The notes under the pieces: generated by a model
The model's database searches: none
Seen by the model: the letters and a program-made list of their open reading frames with translations, nothing else
What the model was told of the DNA's origin: nothing
Shown: piece by piece, positions 27,464 to 37,043 of the stretch
Position numbering within the stretch: the stretch's first letter is position 1
Layout: each line of letters begins with the position of its first letter
Program-made: the position numbers and the translations under genes
Assembly (NCBI GenBank): GCA_016186955.1
Contig: JACPKP010000003.1
Location: 258,290-322,289, forward strand
Direction: 5' to 3'
DNA from: Candidatus Daviesbacteria bacterium
GTDB taxonomy: Bacteria > Patescibacteriota > Microgenomatia > Daviesbacterales > UBA10151
Length of the DNA stretch: 64,000 nt

Positions 27464-28738
27464 ATGCATACTATTGAAACTTTGGATAATGGGTTGACAG
27501 TGATCACAGAAAATAATCCCCATATTTTTTCTTTTGATACCCAGGTATGGGTTAGAGCTGGTTCAAGGTATGAAAATGAATCAAATAACGGAATTTCGCA
27601 TTTCCTTGAACACATGTTTTTTAAGGGGTCGGAACGCTTTCCTACACAAAGAATGATAGAACGGTTGGTTGAAAGAACCGGCGGCGCTTCAAATGCTGCC
27701 ACATCAAAGGAATGGGTATTTTACATGGTCAAGTCTCCATCAAGCCAAATAGAACTTGCCAGTGATATTCTCTCCTCAATGCTTAAAGAGCCTCTTTTTA
27801 GGGAAACAGATATAGAGATGGAAAAAGGTCCAGTTGTAAACGAACTAAAAGGAAACCAAGATAACCCTAGTAATTATATATGGATTTTGTACGATAAACT
27901 GCAATTTGGAAACCAACCTTTAGGTTGGAATATCGGAGGCGATGAAAAGCAAGTCCAATCTTTTACGCGCAGCGATATTGCAAAATATATGGATTCTTTA
28001 TACTCACCCGAAAATATGGTATTGGTTTATGCGGGCAATCTTCCTAAAAATATCCTTGAAATAGCCGGCAAATACTACGGAGAGTTTCCAAGAAGGTCAA
28101 GTTATAAATTCAATCCCTATAAAGCAAGGAAGCAAACTAAACCTAAAGTAAACATAAAACCTTTAAAGAGTGAAAAAGTTCAACTTATTTTAGGGGTTGA
28201 AGGTTATAACCGTTTTAGCCCCCGGATAAACAGTGTAAATATCTTAAGCAATATTCTGGGCGAGGGGGGTTCTTCCCGTTTATTCTACGAGATAAGGGAT
28301 AAAAGAGGCTTGGCTTATGGAGTTCATACCTCTCACTTTCAATATCATGATACCGGTTCGTTTGTAGCTGCAACCGCCGTCCAACCGGAAAATCTGCAAG
28401 AAACACTTGAGATTATTCTTGCGGAATTTAATAAGACCAAAAATGAGCAAATAACGCAGGAGGAACTTATAGATGCTAAGGAAATGATTAAAGGAGAAAA
28501 GGCGATATCAATGGAAAACAACCATTATTTAGCGTTATCTATGGGTAAAAGTTTTCTCTTAAAAGGGAAGATTAAGCCTTATGAAGAATTTTGCAAAGAG
28601 ATTGATGGGGTTAATGCAGAGGATGTGGCGGAAGCAGCAAACGATTTGTTTAAACCGGAAAAATACAACCTGCAATTGGTTGGTCCAATACGAAAAAAGC
28701 AAAAAGAGAAATTATACGAAGCCCTTGCTGCTGCTTGA
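27464..28738 (+). CDS. M16 family zinc peptidase (paralog of 24841..26115)
   Basis: GISHFLEHMFFKG, SSRLFYEIRDKRGLAY; also 424 aa. Confidence 0.95.
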   Translation: MHTIETLDNGLTVITENNPHIFSFDTQVWVRAGSRYENESNNGISHFLEHMFFKGSERFPTQRMIERLVERTGGASNAATSKEWVFYMVKSPSSQIELASDILSSMLKEPLFRETDIEMEKGPVVNELKGNQDNPSNYIWILYDKLQFGNQPLGWNIGGDEKQVQSFTRSDIAKYMDSLYSPENMVLVYAGNLPKNILEIAGKYYGEFPRRSSYKFNPYKARKQTKPKVNIKPLKSEKVQLILGVEGYNRFSPRINSVNILSNILGEGGSSRLFYEIRDKRGLAYGVHTSHFQYHDTGSFVAATAVQPENLQETLEIILAEFNKTKNEQITQEELIDAKEMIKGEKAISMENNHYLALSMGKSFLLKGKIKPYEEFCKEIDGVNAEDVAEAANDLFKPEKYNLQLVGPIRKKQKEKLYEALAAA

Positions 28739-28769
28739 TTAGTTACTTTTAAATACCTACACTTAAGTC

Positions 28770-29426
28770 ATGGAACTTTTTGTTTCTAAAATAGTCTCAC
28801 TAAAACGCGCCCTGGGTTTTAAAAAATTATTGGCTATCTTATTTACAGCATTCGCAACTTTAACTTTTTTTGCAAAGTTTAACCCTTATTTTTCTTTTGA
28901 CCTGCTTATTTCTCAAAATATACAGTATTTCAGAAATCCGCTTTTAGACTTTTTTATGGAGACAATTAGTATGTTGGGTAATAAATCCGTTGCTTTAGTC
29001 TCCCTGGTTTTTATTTCATCGCTTGTATATTTATTGAAAAAAAGAAAAGAAGCAATTTTTATTTTCATCTCAGATTTTGGTATATATGCAGCAGGTGAAT
29101 TTATTAAATTTATTGTAGCCCGCCCAAGGCCTGACCCTAATTTGGTGATACAGATGGTTACCCAAACCAAACCTGATAGTTTTCCTTCAGGGCATGTGCT
29201 GCATTTTATGGGATTTTATGGTTTTTTACTATTTTTAATCATCATAAAATTTCAAAAAAGCACAACACAAAAAATTTTGGCATGGTTTTTAACACTGCTT
29301 ATTGTATTAATAGGTATATCTAGAATCTATTTGGGAGCCCATTGGTTTTCAGATGTTTTGGGCTCATACCTTTTGGGGACTTTTTGGTTGCTTCTTATGA
29401 CCCATATATACTATAAAATTTCATGA
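28770..29426 (+). CDS. PAP2 family membrane phosphatase
   Basis: K....RPRP, SFPSGH, SRIYLGAHWFSD. Confidence 0.93.
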   Translation: MELFVSKIVSLKRALGFKKLLAILFTAFATLTFFAKFNPYFSFDLLISQNIQYFRNPLLDFFMETISMLGNKSVALVSLVFISSLVYLLKKRKEAIFIFISDFGIYAAGEFIKFIVARPRPDPNLVIQMVTQTKPDSFPSGHVLHFMGFYGFLLFLIIIKFQKSTTQKILAWFLTLLIVLIGISRIYLGAHWFSDVLGSYLLGTFWLLLMTHIYYKIS

Positions 29427-29476
29427 GAATTTTGCAGTATTGACAACGTTATCCGGAATTTGGTAATTTAACTATA

Positions 29477-30025
29477 ATGTCAAATTTATCAGACCAGTTG
29501 AAAAATGCTCTGTCTTCAGTAATTTCCGGGACAGGTGATGTAGTTGCAACTACGAGGGATGTTGCCAAAGAAAATGCAATTGGGGTCTTACATGCAGGAG
29601 GTGACATGGCTATGGCAACAGGAGATCTGGTAACCGATGGAGTTAAGGTTGTTTCGGAGGTAGGCGTTTCTGTGACAGAAGGGGTAGTGGGTTTGGTGAC
29701 TGGTGTCATTGAGGGCGCTAAAGAAGTAGGTGCAGATTTAGGGGGTATTACCCTAAGTGCTACCCATGGAGCGATTAAGGGCGCTTCTGAAGTAGGTGCG
29801 GATTTGGGGGAGACTGCAGTTTCCGCTGTGGATGGGTCTATTAAAGCGGCGGATGCGGTAGGAGCTGATGTAGGGGAGCTCGCCAAACATGCAGTGATGG
29901 GAGCCTTAAAAGCCTCAGACGAAATAGGATCAGAAGCAGGTGATTTAGTGCGTAAAGCGCTACTTAATGCCGCAGCGCTTCCGCATGATGTCATTGACGC
30001 CCTTCTGACCGGTAAAACAGATTAA
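29477..30025 (+). CDS. Gly/Ala/Val-rich repeat protein
   Basis: Recurring (E/A)VGAD(L/V)G units at 22-residue spacing. Confidence 0.75.
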   Translation: MSNLSDQLKNALSSVISGTGDVVATTRDVAKENAIGVLHAGGDMAMATGDLVTDGVKVVSEVGVSVTEGVVGLVTGVIEGAKEVGADLGGITLSATHGAIKGASEVGADLGETAVSAVDGSIKAADAVGADVGELAKHAVMGALKASDEIGSEAGDLVRKALLNAAALPHDVIDALLTGKTD

Positions 30026-30067
30026 AATCCCCCTAAACTTCCGGTATTATGATATAATTTCCAACCG

Positions 30068-30991
30068 ATGACGGAATTTAAAGGTATACAGGGTTTTGAT
30101 ATCTCTACCAGCGCGTATATTTTCAACCCGGAAAAACTTTTTAAGTTAACGGACAGACTTAATCAGGGAAAGGGTGAAAGTGAGTGGGTGGGGATAGAGC
30201 TATATCCGGTACAAGAGCGGAAAGTTTTAGGACGTTTTTCTCTTCCGCCAGTATCGGTTGACACTGTTCATCAGTGGCAATACAAATACAACCAGACTAA
30301 AGTTTCCAGAGTCCATCTGGAATTCGCTTATGATGAACATGAGAGGAAATTCATGATAGAAAAAGGCGATTTTCACAGGTCAAGGATAAGCCCAATCCAG
30401 CACAAAATTTTGTATCATTACATCAGGCAAGCAACTTCAGGATATGGTATAGATTTGGCAAGCGCGCTGGGGGTTGGTGCAAATATGCATACCAATGTTG
30501 CACTGGGCCTTATAAAAACCGGCCAGTTGGGTACTGTCAGAGAGCGGGTAAAAGATCTTATTGTAGAAAACAGCATCAATTATAACAGTCCTGTAGAGCA
30601 GGGGCCAATTTTGTATGACCCGGAGGCCATCATAGATGGAATTGTGGAAAAACACGGGTTTAAAAAATTCCTTTTGGGAGTTGACCACCTGATTGATTAC
30701 TTCGACAAACAGGGTATTGACCCGATGGATGTTATAAAAAATGAAAAAGTCAGGCATTATACTGTGGCTTTGCATATAGCAAACCCGGGCCACGGACCTA
30801 TCAAAATAGGGGATCCTTGTTACCAGAAATTTTTTGAAACAGTGGCAGGGTTGCAATTTGAATATCCGCTGAGGGTGGTGTTTGATTACAGCCCGGTAGC
30901 GCTTTTGAGATACCCCTTGTTTTTGCAACAGGTTAGGCTTTTTGAAAAAACAATCAAATGGATTCAGGGGATCAAAGATAGCGCCCGTTGA
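30068..30991 (+). CDS. Hypothetical protein, possible xylose-isomerase-like TIM barrel
   Basis: GIELYP, IVEN, GVDH, LHIA, H, VFDY pattern; weak. Confidence 0.5.
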   Translation: MTEFKGIQGFDISTSAYIFNPEKLFKLTDRLNQGKGESEWVGIELYPVQERKVLGRFSLPPVSVDTVHQWQYKYNQTKVSRVHLEFAYDEHERKFMIEKGDFHRSRISPIQHKILYHYIRQATSGYGIDLASALGVGANMHTNVALGLIKTGQLGTVRERVKDLIVENSINYNSPVEQGPILYDPEAIIDGIVEKHGFKKFLLGVDHLIDYFDKQGIDPMDVIKNEKVRHYTVALHIANPGHGPIKIGDPCYQKFFETVAGLQFEYPLRVVFDYSPVALLRYPLFLQQVRLFEKTIKWIQGIKDSAR

Positions 30992-31446
30992 TGGGAAAAG
31001 TAGACAGGTCCAAGTTTAAAAATTTACCATACATTAAAAAAGTTCCCAAGCCCTGGGGTTTCGAACTGCATTTTACCCCCGGCAACCTTCCTTATATGGG
31101 AAAGATTTTACACATTGTAAAAGGTAAAAGGCTTTCTTTGCAACTTCATGATAAAAAAATGGAAAGCTGGTTTCTTTTAAAAGGAAAAGCAGTGATGATC
31201 ATTGAAAATAACACCGGTGAGATGAAAAATGTTGAGATGAAAATGGGTTTTGGCTACACCACTCATATTGGGCAAAAACATCGCTTAATGGGGACTTCAA
31301 CCTGTGACATTTTGGAAGTTTCAACCCCTGAAATTGGCAACACTTACCGGTTGGAAGATGATTATGCCAGGGGGACTGAAACAGATGAGAGTAGGAAGGA
31401 TCCGCACAGAGGATGGAATAATTTAAAAGTAAAAAGTAAAAAGTAA
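30991..31446 (+). CDS. Cupin protein (mannose-6-phosphate isomerase type II-like)
   Basis: KPWG, LSLQLH..K.E, HRL, EVST, RLEDDY. Confidence 0.88.
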   Translation: MGKVDRSKFKNLPYIKKVPKPWGFELHFTPGNLPYMGKILHIVKGKRLSLQLHDKKMESWFLLKGKAVMIIENNTGEMKNVEMKMGFGYTTHIGQKHRLMGTSTCDILEVSTPEIGNTYRLEDDYARGTETDESRKDPHRGWNNLKVKSKK

Positions 31447-31470
31447 AAAGTAAAAAGTAAAAAGTAAAAA
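31425..31470. repeat. Heptanucleotide tandem repeat (AAAAAGT), about 6 copies
   Basis: Directly visible; spans the cupin stop codon. Confidence 0.9.
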
Positions 31471-31472
31471 AT

Positions 31473-32282
31473 TTAATTCAGGTTCTGTTTCAGGTATTCC
31501 AGCGCTCCATAAAGGCCTGCGTCATCCCCTAGTTTGGATATTGTAAGTGGAGGAATAGCGGTTTTAATTTTCAGTAAATTTTTAAGATTATGTTTTACTT
31601 GCTCAAGAGAAATCTTATTCATTAAAGCGCCTCCTAAAACAACAACATCCGGTGACCATTCCACAATAATATTATTTAGTGCTATGGCCAAATATTTTGC
31701 CTCATCATCCCAAGCTTTTGAATTTTCAATATCAGGTGGTTTCCTGCCGTATTTTTTTTCCAGGGCTGTCCCGGACATAAGGTTTTCCAATTTCATTATT
31801 TTTCCGTCTAAACTAATAACCTGTTGTCCGGGTTCAAAGCCTAAAGAATGGGCATCGATCTTTCCGTTTACTATTTTTACTCCGCCAATACCTGTTGAAA
31901 CGGTTAGAAAAGCCACTATTTTATATCCATGTCCTGCACCAAAAATTGCCTCACCCAAACCGGCCAGTGCAGCATCATTTTCCAAAAATATTTTATTGCA
32001 TATTTTATTTTGCAGCGTATTTTTGAGAGGTTTATTAACCCAATCTTGTAAATTGGGCGCCCCAATAAGTTTTGTACGGTTTTTGCCAAGCAGTCCTGCT
32101 ATTCCTGCAACGCAGGCCTTTGGTTTTTTACCCTCGCTTAATTTCAAGGATTTATTATGGATCAATTGCATGCTTTCTGAAAATTTCTTTAGAGTCTTGT
32201 ATTTTTCTTTTTTGAGGATAGTTTTACCATCGGATAGTGCAATCCTGGTATGTGTCCCGCCGATATCAAACAGCAAATACAT
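31473..32282 (-). CDS. ROK family sugar kinase
   Basis: FDIGGT, LENDAALAGLGE, TVSTGIGG, VLGG, AGLYGA. Confidence 0.92.
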   Translation of the reverse strand: MYLLFDIGGTHTRIALSDGKTILKKEKYKTLKKFSESMQLIHNKSLKLSEGKKPKACVAGIAGLLGKNRTKLIGAPNLQDWVNKPLKNTLQNKICNKIFLENDAALAGLGEAIFGAGHGYKIVAFLTVSTGIGGVKIVNGKIDAHSLGFEPGQQVISLDGKIMKLENLMSGTALEKKYGRKPPDIENSKAWDDEAKYLAIALNNIIVEWSPDVVVLGGALMNKISLEQVKHNLKNLLKIKTAIPPLTISKLGDDAGLYGALEYLKQNLN

Positions 32283-33885
32283 AGCCTTCATTTCCTTGTA
32301 GTATCAGTTTATTTAAATCTACTATTTTTTCATGCTTGGTATCAAGGTATGAGTTTATAAGCATTTTTCCTTTAGCAAAGTTTTTAAAATTAATTGTTTG
32401 TTTTTTTGCCGAAAAATTTAACACGACTAGTAATTTTCCCGTTTCTCCTGCCCTGATATAAGCAAATATATCAGTTGAAACAGGCAAAGAATAGTACTTT
32501 CCTTCCTGTAAAACTTCAGAATTATTTCTTAAATGTATAAGCTTTTTGTATAAACTCAGAATTGATTTTTTATCTTTTAACTCTGAAGAGACATTAAATT
32601 TTTTAAAATCCCCAGATACAGGCAGCCATGGGGTAACTTTTGAAAAGCCTGCATGAGGTTTGTTATCCCATTGCATTGGTGTGCGTTCCGGATCCCGTCC
32701 CAACCCTTTGCCGGGGATATTTTTTTCAAAAGGATCGAAAACCATTTTTTTGGGGATAGTGACGTCTTTCATACCGATCTCATCCCCGTAATAGATAAAT
32801 GGAACTCCCCTTAGTGTGAGAAGCATTATTGCTGCCACTCTGGCTTGCAGGGTACCTATCCTTGTTGCAATCCTGGAGCGGTCATGGTTTCCTAAAACAT
32901 AATTGGGTAGTTCGCCGTTGCAAAGGGTTGCATCATATTCATCTATAAAGGTTTTATAAGCAGAAGCCTTCCATGGTAAACTGATCAACTGTAAGTTAAA
33001 AGGACAAAAAGCGATACAACCCTGCTTTTTTTTGGGTAGTTTTTTAGAGCAAGCTTGGTAAAATTTCATTAGCTGATATATCTCACCATAAACTTCAGTC
33101 ACAACAAATTTGTCTTTGTATTTGTTGATAAAATGGCAAAGATTTGCTGTTTCTTCAAACATCTCCGGCTGCCATTTTATATATAATGGTGTAAATTCAT
33201 CAAACGGGTCGTCTTTTCCGGGTTTAAATGAAGGGTTTTTAGGATTATTCCGTAACAGCTTGTCTTTATAAAGATGATGGATCGCGTCTACCCTGAAACC
33301 GTCTACTCCTAAGTCCAGCCAGAATTTCAGGACCTGAAACATTAATTTCCTGACAACCGGGTTCCGCCAGTTTAAGTCAGGCTGTTCTTTTAAAAACGAG
33401 TGCAGGTAATATTCCCCGGTTTGTTTGTCCCATTCCCAGGCAGAACCGCCAAAAACTGAAAGCCAATTGTTTGGAGGATGCCCATTTTTCTTTGGTTCAT
33501 GCCAAATATAATAATCCCGCCAGGGACTATCTTTAGAAGCGCTCGATTTTAAAAATAAAGGATGTTTGTCTGAGGTATGGTTTGGGACAAAATCCATAAT
33601 TATTTTAATATTCTTTTGGTGGGCTTTGCCAATCAGTAGCTTAAAATCCTCAAGGTTGCCAAAAATTGAATCAATTACGTAGTAATCTGAAATATCATAA
33701 CCGAAATCAACCATCGGTGATTTATAGACCGGGGAAAGCCAGATTCCGCCAACCCCTAAATCTTTAAGGTAATCCAGTTTTTCGATGATGCCGTTTAGGT
33801 CGCCAATGCCGTCACTGTTGGAATCCTTAAAGGACCTGGGATAGATGTGATAAAAAACTACAGAATTAATCCAAGAGTTTTGCAT
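32266..33885 (-). CDS. GH13 alpha-glucosidase / oligo-1,6-glucosidase
   Basis: YPRSFKDSN.DGIGDL, DFGYD, PNHTS, QPDLN, GFRVDA, TE, NHD. Confidence 0.95.
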   Translation of the reverse strand: MQNSWINSVVFYHIYPRSFKDSNSDGIGDLNGIIEKLDYLKDLGVGGIWLSPVYKSPMVDFGYDISDYYVIDSIFGNLEDFKLLIGKAHQKNIKIIMDFVPNHTSDKHPLFLKSSASKDSPWRDYYIWHEPKKNGHPPNNWLSVFGGSAWEWDKQTGEYYLHSFLKEQPDLNWRNPVVRKLMFQVLKFWLDLGVDGFRVDAIHHLYKDKLLRNNPKNPSFKPGKDDPFDEFTPLYIKWQPEMFEETANLCHFINKYKDKFVVTEVYGEIYQLMKFYQACSKKLPKKKQGCIAFCPFNLQLISLPWKASAYKTFIDEYDATLCNGELPNYVLGNHDRSRIATRIGTLQARVAAIMLLTLRGVPFIYYGDEIGMKDVTIPKKMVFDPFEKNIPGKGLGRDPERTPMQWDNKPHAGFSKVTPWLPVSGDFKKFNVSSELKDKKSILSLYKKLIHLRNNSEVLQEGKYYSLPVSTDIFAYIRAGETGKLLVVLNFSAKKQTINFKNFAKGKMLINSYLDTKHEKIVDLNKLILQGNEGYVFAV

Positions 33886-33968
33886 GAATTTAATTTAAAA
33901 TTACAACTTATACAGATTTCAATCAAGAAGCAGTAATACCGAGCAAAATTTTGTGTTAGAATATCTAT

Positions 33969-34553
33969 ATGAAAGTTGGTTCCATCAGAAAATTAGAGGA
34001 GTTAAAGTCAGTACTTAAAGACACTCATGCAATCGGGCCGGATCCTGTTTACTGGGTTTTTAGTGAATTATCAGACTTGAATTGGGCCAATATGACTGTT
34101 ATTGCCCCAGGCAGCTACAGCGGTGAATACCCTAAAACATTTGGCCATTACCATCCTGAAGATGCCGCAGATGAAACATATCATTTGGTAGAGGGTGAAG
34201 GTGTTTTGATGATTCAAAAAAAACACACCGAAAACGGGGTTTGGGTCCCTGATATGGTTGACGAGGTATATTTAATCAAGGCCAAGCCGGGGGATGAGAT
34301 AATTATTAAACCTCAGTGGGGTCATGCATGGTCAAATACAGGAAAAGGGCCATTCGTCTCGTATGATAATTGGAGGAGCGGGCATACGAAAGCTGATTAT
34401 GAGGCTATAGAGAAGCTTCAGGGTTTGGCCTATTATCTGGTGGAGGAAAATGGTGAGCCAAAACCCGTTCCCAACCCAAACTATAAAAATTTACCCGAGG
34501 TTGTTTGGATAACAGAAGAGCAGTTCCAAGGAGGTGTTTTTTATAAGCATTAA
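33969..34553 (+). CDS. Cupin-type (archaeal-type) glucose-6-phosphate isomerase
   Basis: EYPKTFGHYH...ETY...GHA.SN.G, GLAYY. Confidence 0.85.
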   Translation: MKVGSIRKLEELKSVLKDTHAIGPDPVYWVFSELSDLNWANMTVIAPGSYSGEYPKTFGHYHPEDAADETYHLVEGEGVLMIQKKHTENGVWVPDMVDEVYLIKAKPGDEIIIKPQWGHAWSNTGKGPFVSYDNWRSGHTKADYEAIEKLQGLAYYLVEENGEPKPVPNPNYKNLPEVVWITEEQFQGGVFYKH

Positions 34554-34791
34554 AATTTACACAACCACTACCTGCCCTTATTGTAAACTGGAAAAAGAAT
34601 ACCTTGACTTAAAAGGTATCAAATATGAAAATATCTTTGTAGACCAAAATCCAAAAGCTGCAGAGGAGATGGTCAATATCTCAGGCCAAATGGGTGTGCC
34701 GTTTACAGTTATCACCGATGATGCCGGTAAACAGATTACTATTTTGGGTTTTGATAAGGAAAAAGTGAACCAGGCCTTAAATATACCTTAA
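34534..34791 (+). CDS. Glutaredoxin (NrdH/YruB-like)
   Basis: IYTTTTCPYC, SGQMGVP, GFD. Confidence 0.9.
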   Translation: MFFISIKIYTTTTCPYCKLEKEYLDLKGIKYENIFVDQNPKAAEEMVNISGQMGVPFTVITDDAGKQITILGFDKEKVNQALNIP

Positions 34792-34810
34792 AAGTTTTCC
34801 GGTTTTTAAT

Positions 34811-35194
34811 TTATGGCTTGGTTTTAACCAGCTGAAAATAGTTCCCGTCGATGTCCTCAAAAGTTGCAATATATCCGTAATTTTCTATATGATATATATC
34901 CTGGATTTTTTTAACACCCGCGTCTTCCAGTTTCTTGACTGCCTCCTCAATATTACCGCTGACTTCTAAATTAAACATGAACCTTTCAGGTTCCTGACTG
35001 GATCCTTTTACCTTTGAATGGTTCATCATATAAAGTCCGGGCCCTCCACCAAAATCAAAGCCATAAAGTGATGTGTTTTCCTCTCCCATCTCAGCTTCTA
35101 GGGTTAATTTCAGACCAACCTTTTCTTTGTAGAAATCAGCCAATTTTTTTGCATCTTCGCTGAATAAGATAATACTTTCTATTCCTTGAAACAT
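34811..35194 (-). CDS. VOC/glyoxalase family protein
   Basis: FYKEKVGL...FEDIDGNYFQL; start MFQGIES after GGGGGTGA. Confidence 0.88.
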   Translation of the reverse strand: MFQGIESIILFSEDAKKLADFYKEKVGLKLTLEAEMGEENTSLYGFDFGGGPGLYMMNHSKVKGSSQEPERFMFNLEVSGNIEEAVKKLEDAGVKKIQDIYHIENYGYIATFEDIDGNYFQLVKTKP

Positions 35195-35274
35195 TTTGTT
35201 TTCACCCCCTTTTTGGCGATCTTTTAAAGATACAGTAAAAGGCAAATAAAAGCAAGGAAGAGGTCTGCAAGAAT

Positions 35275-36078
35275 TTAGACGGAGATATTTTGGTAATAGC
35301 CCCGCAAGTTTTCAGGCAGCAGATTGGCGATTTTAATGCCGACTGCATCTGCAATAGTTTGGTTGTCCAACAGACAATCAGTCCTTCCAAAAACTACAGG
35401 TTCGCCTATATTAACCCTATAAATGTTTTCTCTTTTGTCAAACCAGGCGCCTACTGGAATGATTGGTATATTACGTTTTCCGGCAATCAGAAAAAGGCTT
35501 CCTGCTTTTTGGTCCATTTCATTTAGTTCAAGGTCTGGTTTGGCGGAGGGAAATATTCCCAAAACATCACCGTTTCGTAATGTTTCAATAATCTCCCTGG
35601 TTTGAAAAGTAGTAATCCCATCGAAGACTTTAGCAAAATTAGACATAATACCTTTGCTAAGGTTGGTAAATTTATGGCCGTTCATTATAAACCTGAACTT
35701 GGTATCTCCTTTTGGGTCAATAATATTAGCAATTGCCTCAACCATCACCGGCGCTTGCCAAAGCCCCTGTAACCGTCCGCGGTTGTAATGGTTCGCCGCA
35801 ATTACAAACGGAGGATTGGTTAGGTTATCTTTTCCCTCTAAACAGGTAGGAAATTCACTAAAGGTTTTCCACCTCTCTTTTATAAGCGGTTTGGATTTTG
35901 GCAAGCCTTCCTCTACTGCCTTGATTACCGCCTTAAACTCCCTGCGGGATTTCTCATCCGCTATCCTGAATTCTGCCGGGTTAATCCAACCTTTTTTCAG
36001 ATTACCAAATTCCAGCAAAGTCATATAAGAGCGGAAAAGCACTTTTTCAAATTTTGTTAAAGGGGTATTTTCTATCAC
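35275..36078 (-). CDS. PlsC-like acyltransferase-fold protein, degenerate motifs
   Basis: VIAANH, LGIFPS, PIIPVG, VNIGEP. Confidence 0.7.
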   Translation of the reverse strand: MIENTPLTKFEKVLFRSYMTLLEFGNLKKGWINPAEFRIADEKSRREFKAVIKAVEEGLPKSKPLIKERWKTFSEFPTCLEGKDNLTNPPFVIAANHYNRGRLQGLWQAPVMVEAIANIIDPKGDTKFRFIMNGHKFTNLSKGIMSNFAKVFDGITTFQTREIIETLRNGDVLGIFPSAKPDLELNEMDQKAGSLFLIAGKRNIPIIPVGAWFDKRENIYRVNIGEPVVFGRTDCLLDNQTIADAVGIKIANLLPENLRGYYQNISV

Positions 36079-36171
36079 TTAAGAATTTTACAACATTTTC
36101 CCTCAGGAGGCCACCTGAAACTTGACTATTGTAATTAGATGGTTCATATTTAAATAAGTAAGGTTTCTGAT

Positions 36172-37002
36172 ATGCCCGCAGAAAAAAAACATCATTACAG
36201 CTTTGTAAAAATTTTTATTGTCATACTTTCTTTAATTGGTGTAGGCATAATGAGTTATCTAACCTATATCCATTATACCAACACCAGGTCTTTTTGCGAC
36301 TTGTCAGAGACTGTTTCCTGCGATGTTGTTACAACCAGCATCTATTCTGAAATTTTCGGGGTTCCGATATCAATCATGGGCTTGGGTTATTTCTTAACTG
36401 TTTTACTAATTATCTTGCTTAGCAAATCAAAAAAAGTGTTTCAGCTTATTTTCTTCCTGACCATATTAATGCTTATTCCATCACTTTATTTCTCAATCCT
36501 GGAAATTTTTGTCATTAAAGCCGTATGTATCCTTTGTGAAGCGTCAAAAACCTTGATGATATTAATACTTCTTAGCTCCTTTTTTGCGGCCAGAAAGATA
36601 ACCCCGGTTACTTTCAGAATTTTGGCGCCACTTATTATTACCGGGGTTGTGATGAGTTTTGTAATTTATTTTATGCAGACAGGCAGCGTGGTAAAAAAGG
36701 ATTACAGCAGCTTTGTGGCATGTTTGAATAAAAACGGGGTTGTTTATTACAAGTCTGTAAAATGCAATAATTGCAAAAGGCAGGAAAAACTTTTGGGCGA
36801 AGCATATAAAAAACTAAATTCAGTAGAATGTCACCCGGAAGGGCCTAATCCAAAACCGGAACTTTGCCTGGAAAAAAAGATCAGTAAAACCCCGACCTTT
36901 ATAATAGAAAAGAATGGTGTTGAGGGAAAAAGAGTGGAAGGGCTTCAACCCCTTGAAAAATTAGGCGCTTTTGGAGGTTGCCCATTGGAAGAGAAAAAAT
37001 AG
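36172..37002 (+). CDS. VKOR family disulfide-bond oxidoreductase fused to a thioredoxin-like domain
   Basis: CDLSETVSCDVV, GVPIS, CILC, then CNNCKRQ...EC...C..TPT. Confidence 0.92.
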   Translation: MPAEKKHHYSFVKIFIVILSLIGVGIMSYLTYIHYTNTRSFCDLSETVSCDVVTTSIYSEIFGVPISIMGLGYFLTVLLIILLSKSKKVFQLIFFLTILMLIPSLYFSILEIFVIKAVCILCEASKTLMILILLSSFFAARKITPVTFRILAPLIITGVVMSFVIYFMQTGSVVKKDYSSFVACLNKNGVVYYKSVKCNNCKRQEKLLGEAYKKLNSVECHPEGPNPKPELCLEKKISKTPTFIIEKNGVEGKRVEGLQPLEKLGAFGGCPLEEKK

Positions 37003-37043
37003 CCCTTGCGTACTTAAGTTTGTTTGGTGTAATGTAAAAATAT

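Noticed and set aside
31534-32301. 255-aa plus-strand ORF and similar long antisense ORFs (e.g. 29449..29994, 48776..49441, 22003..22527)
   Set aside because: They are antisense shadows of well-supported genes and carry no motifs.
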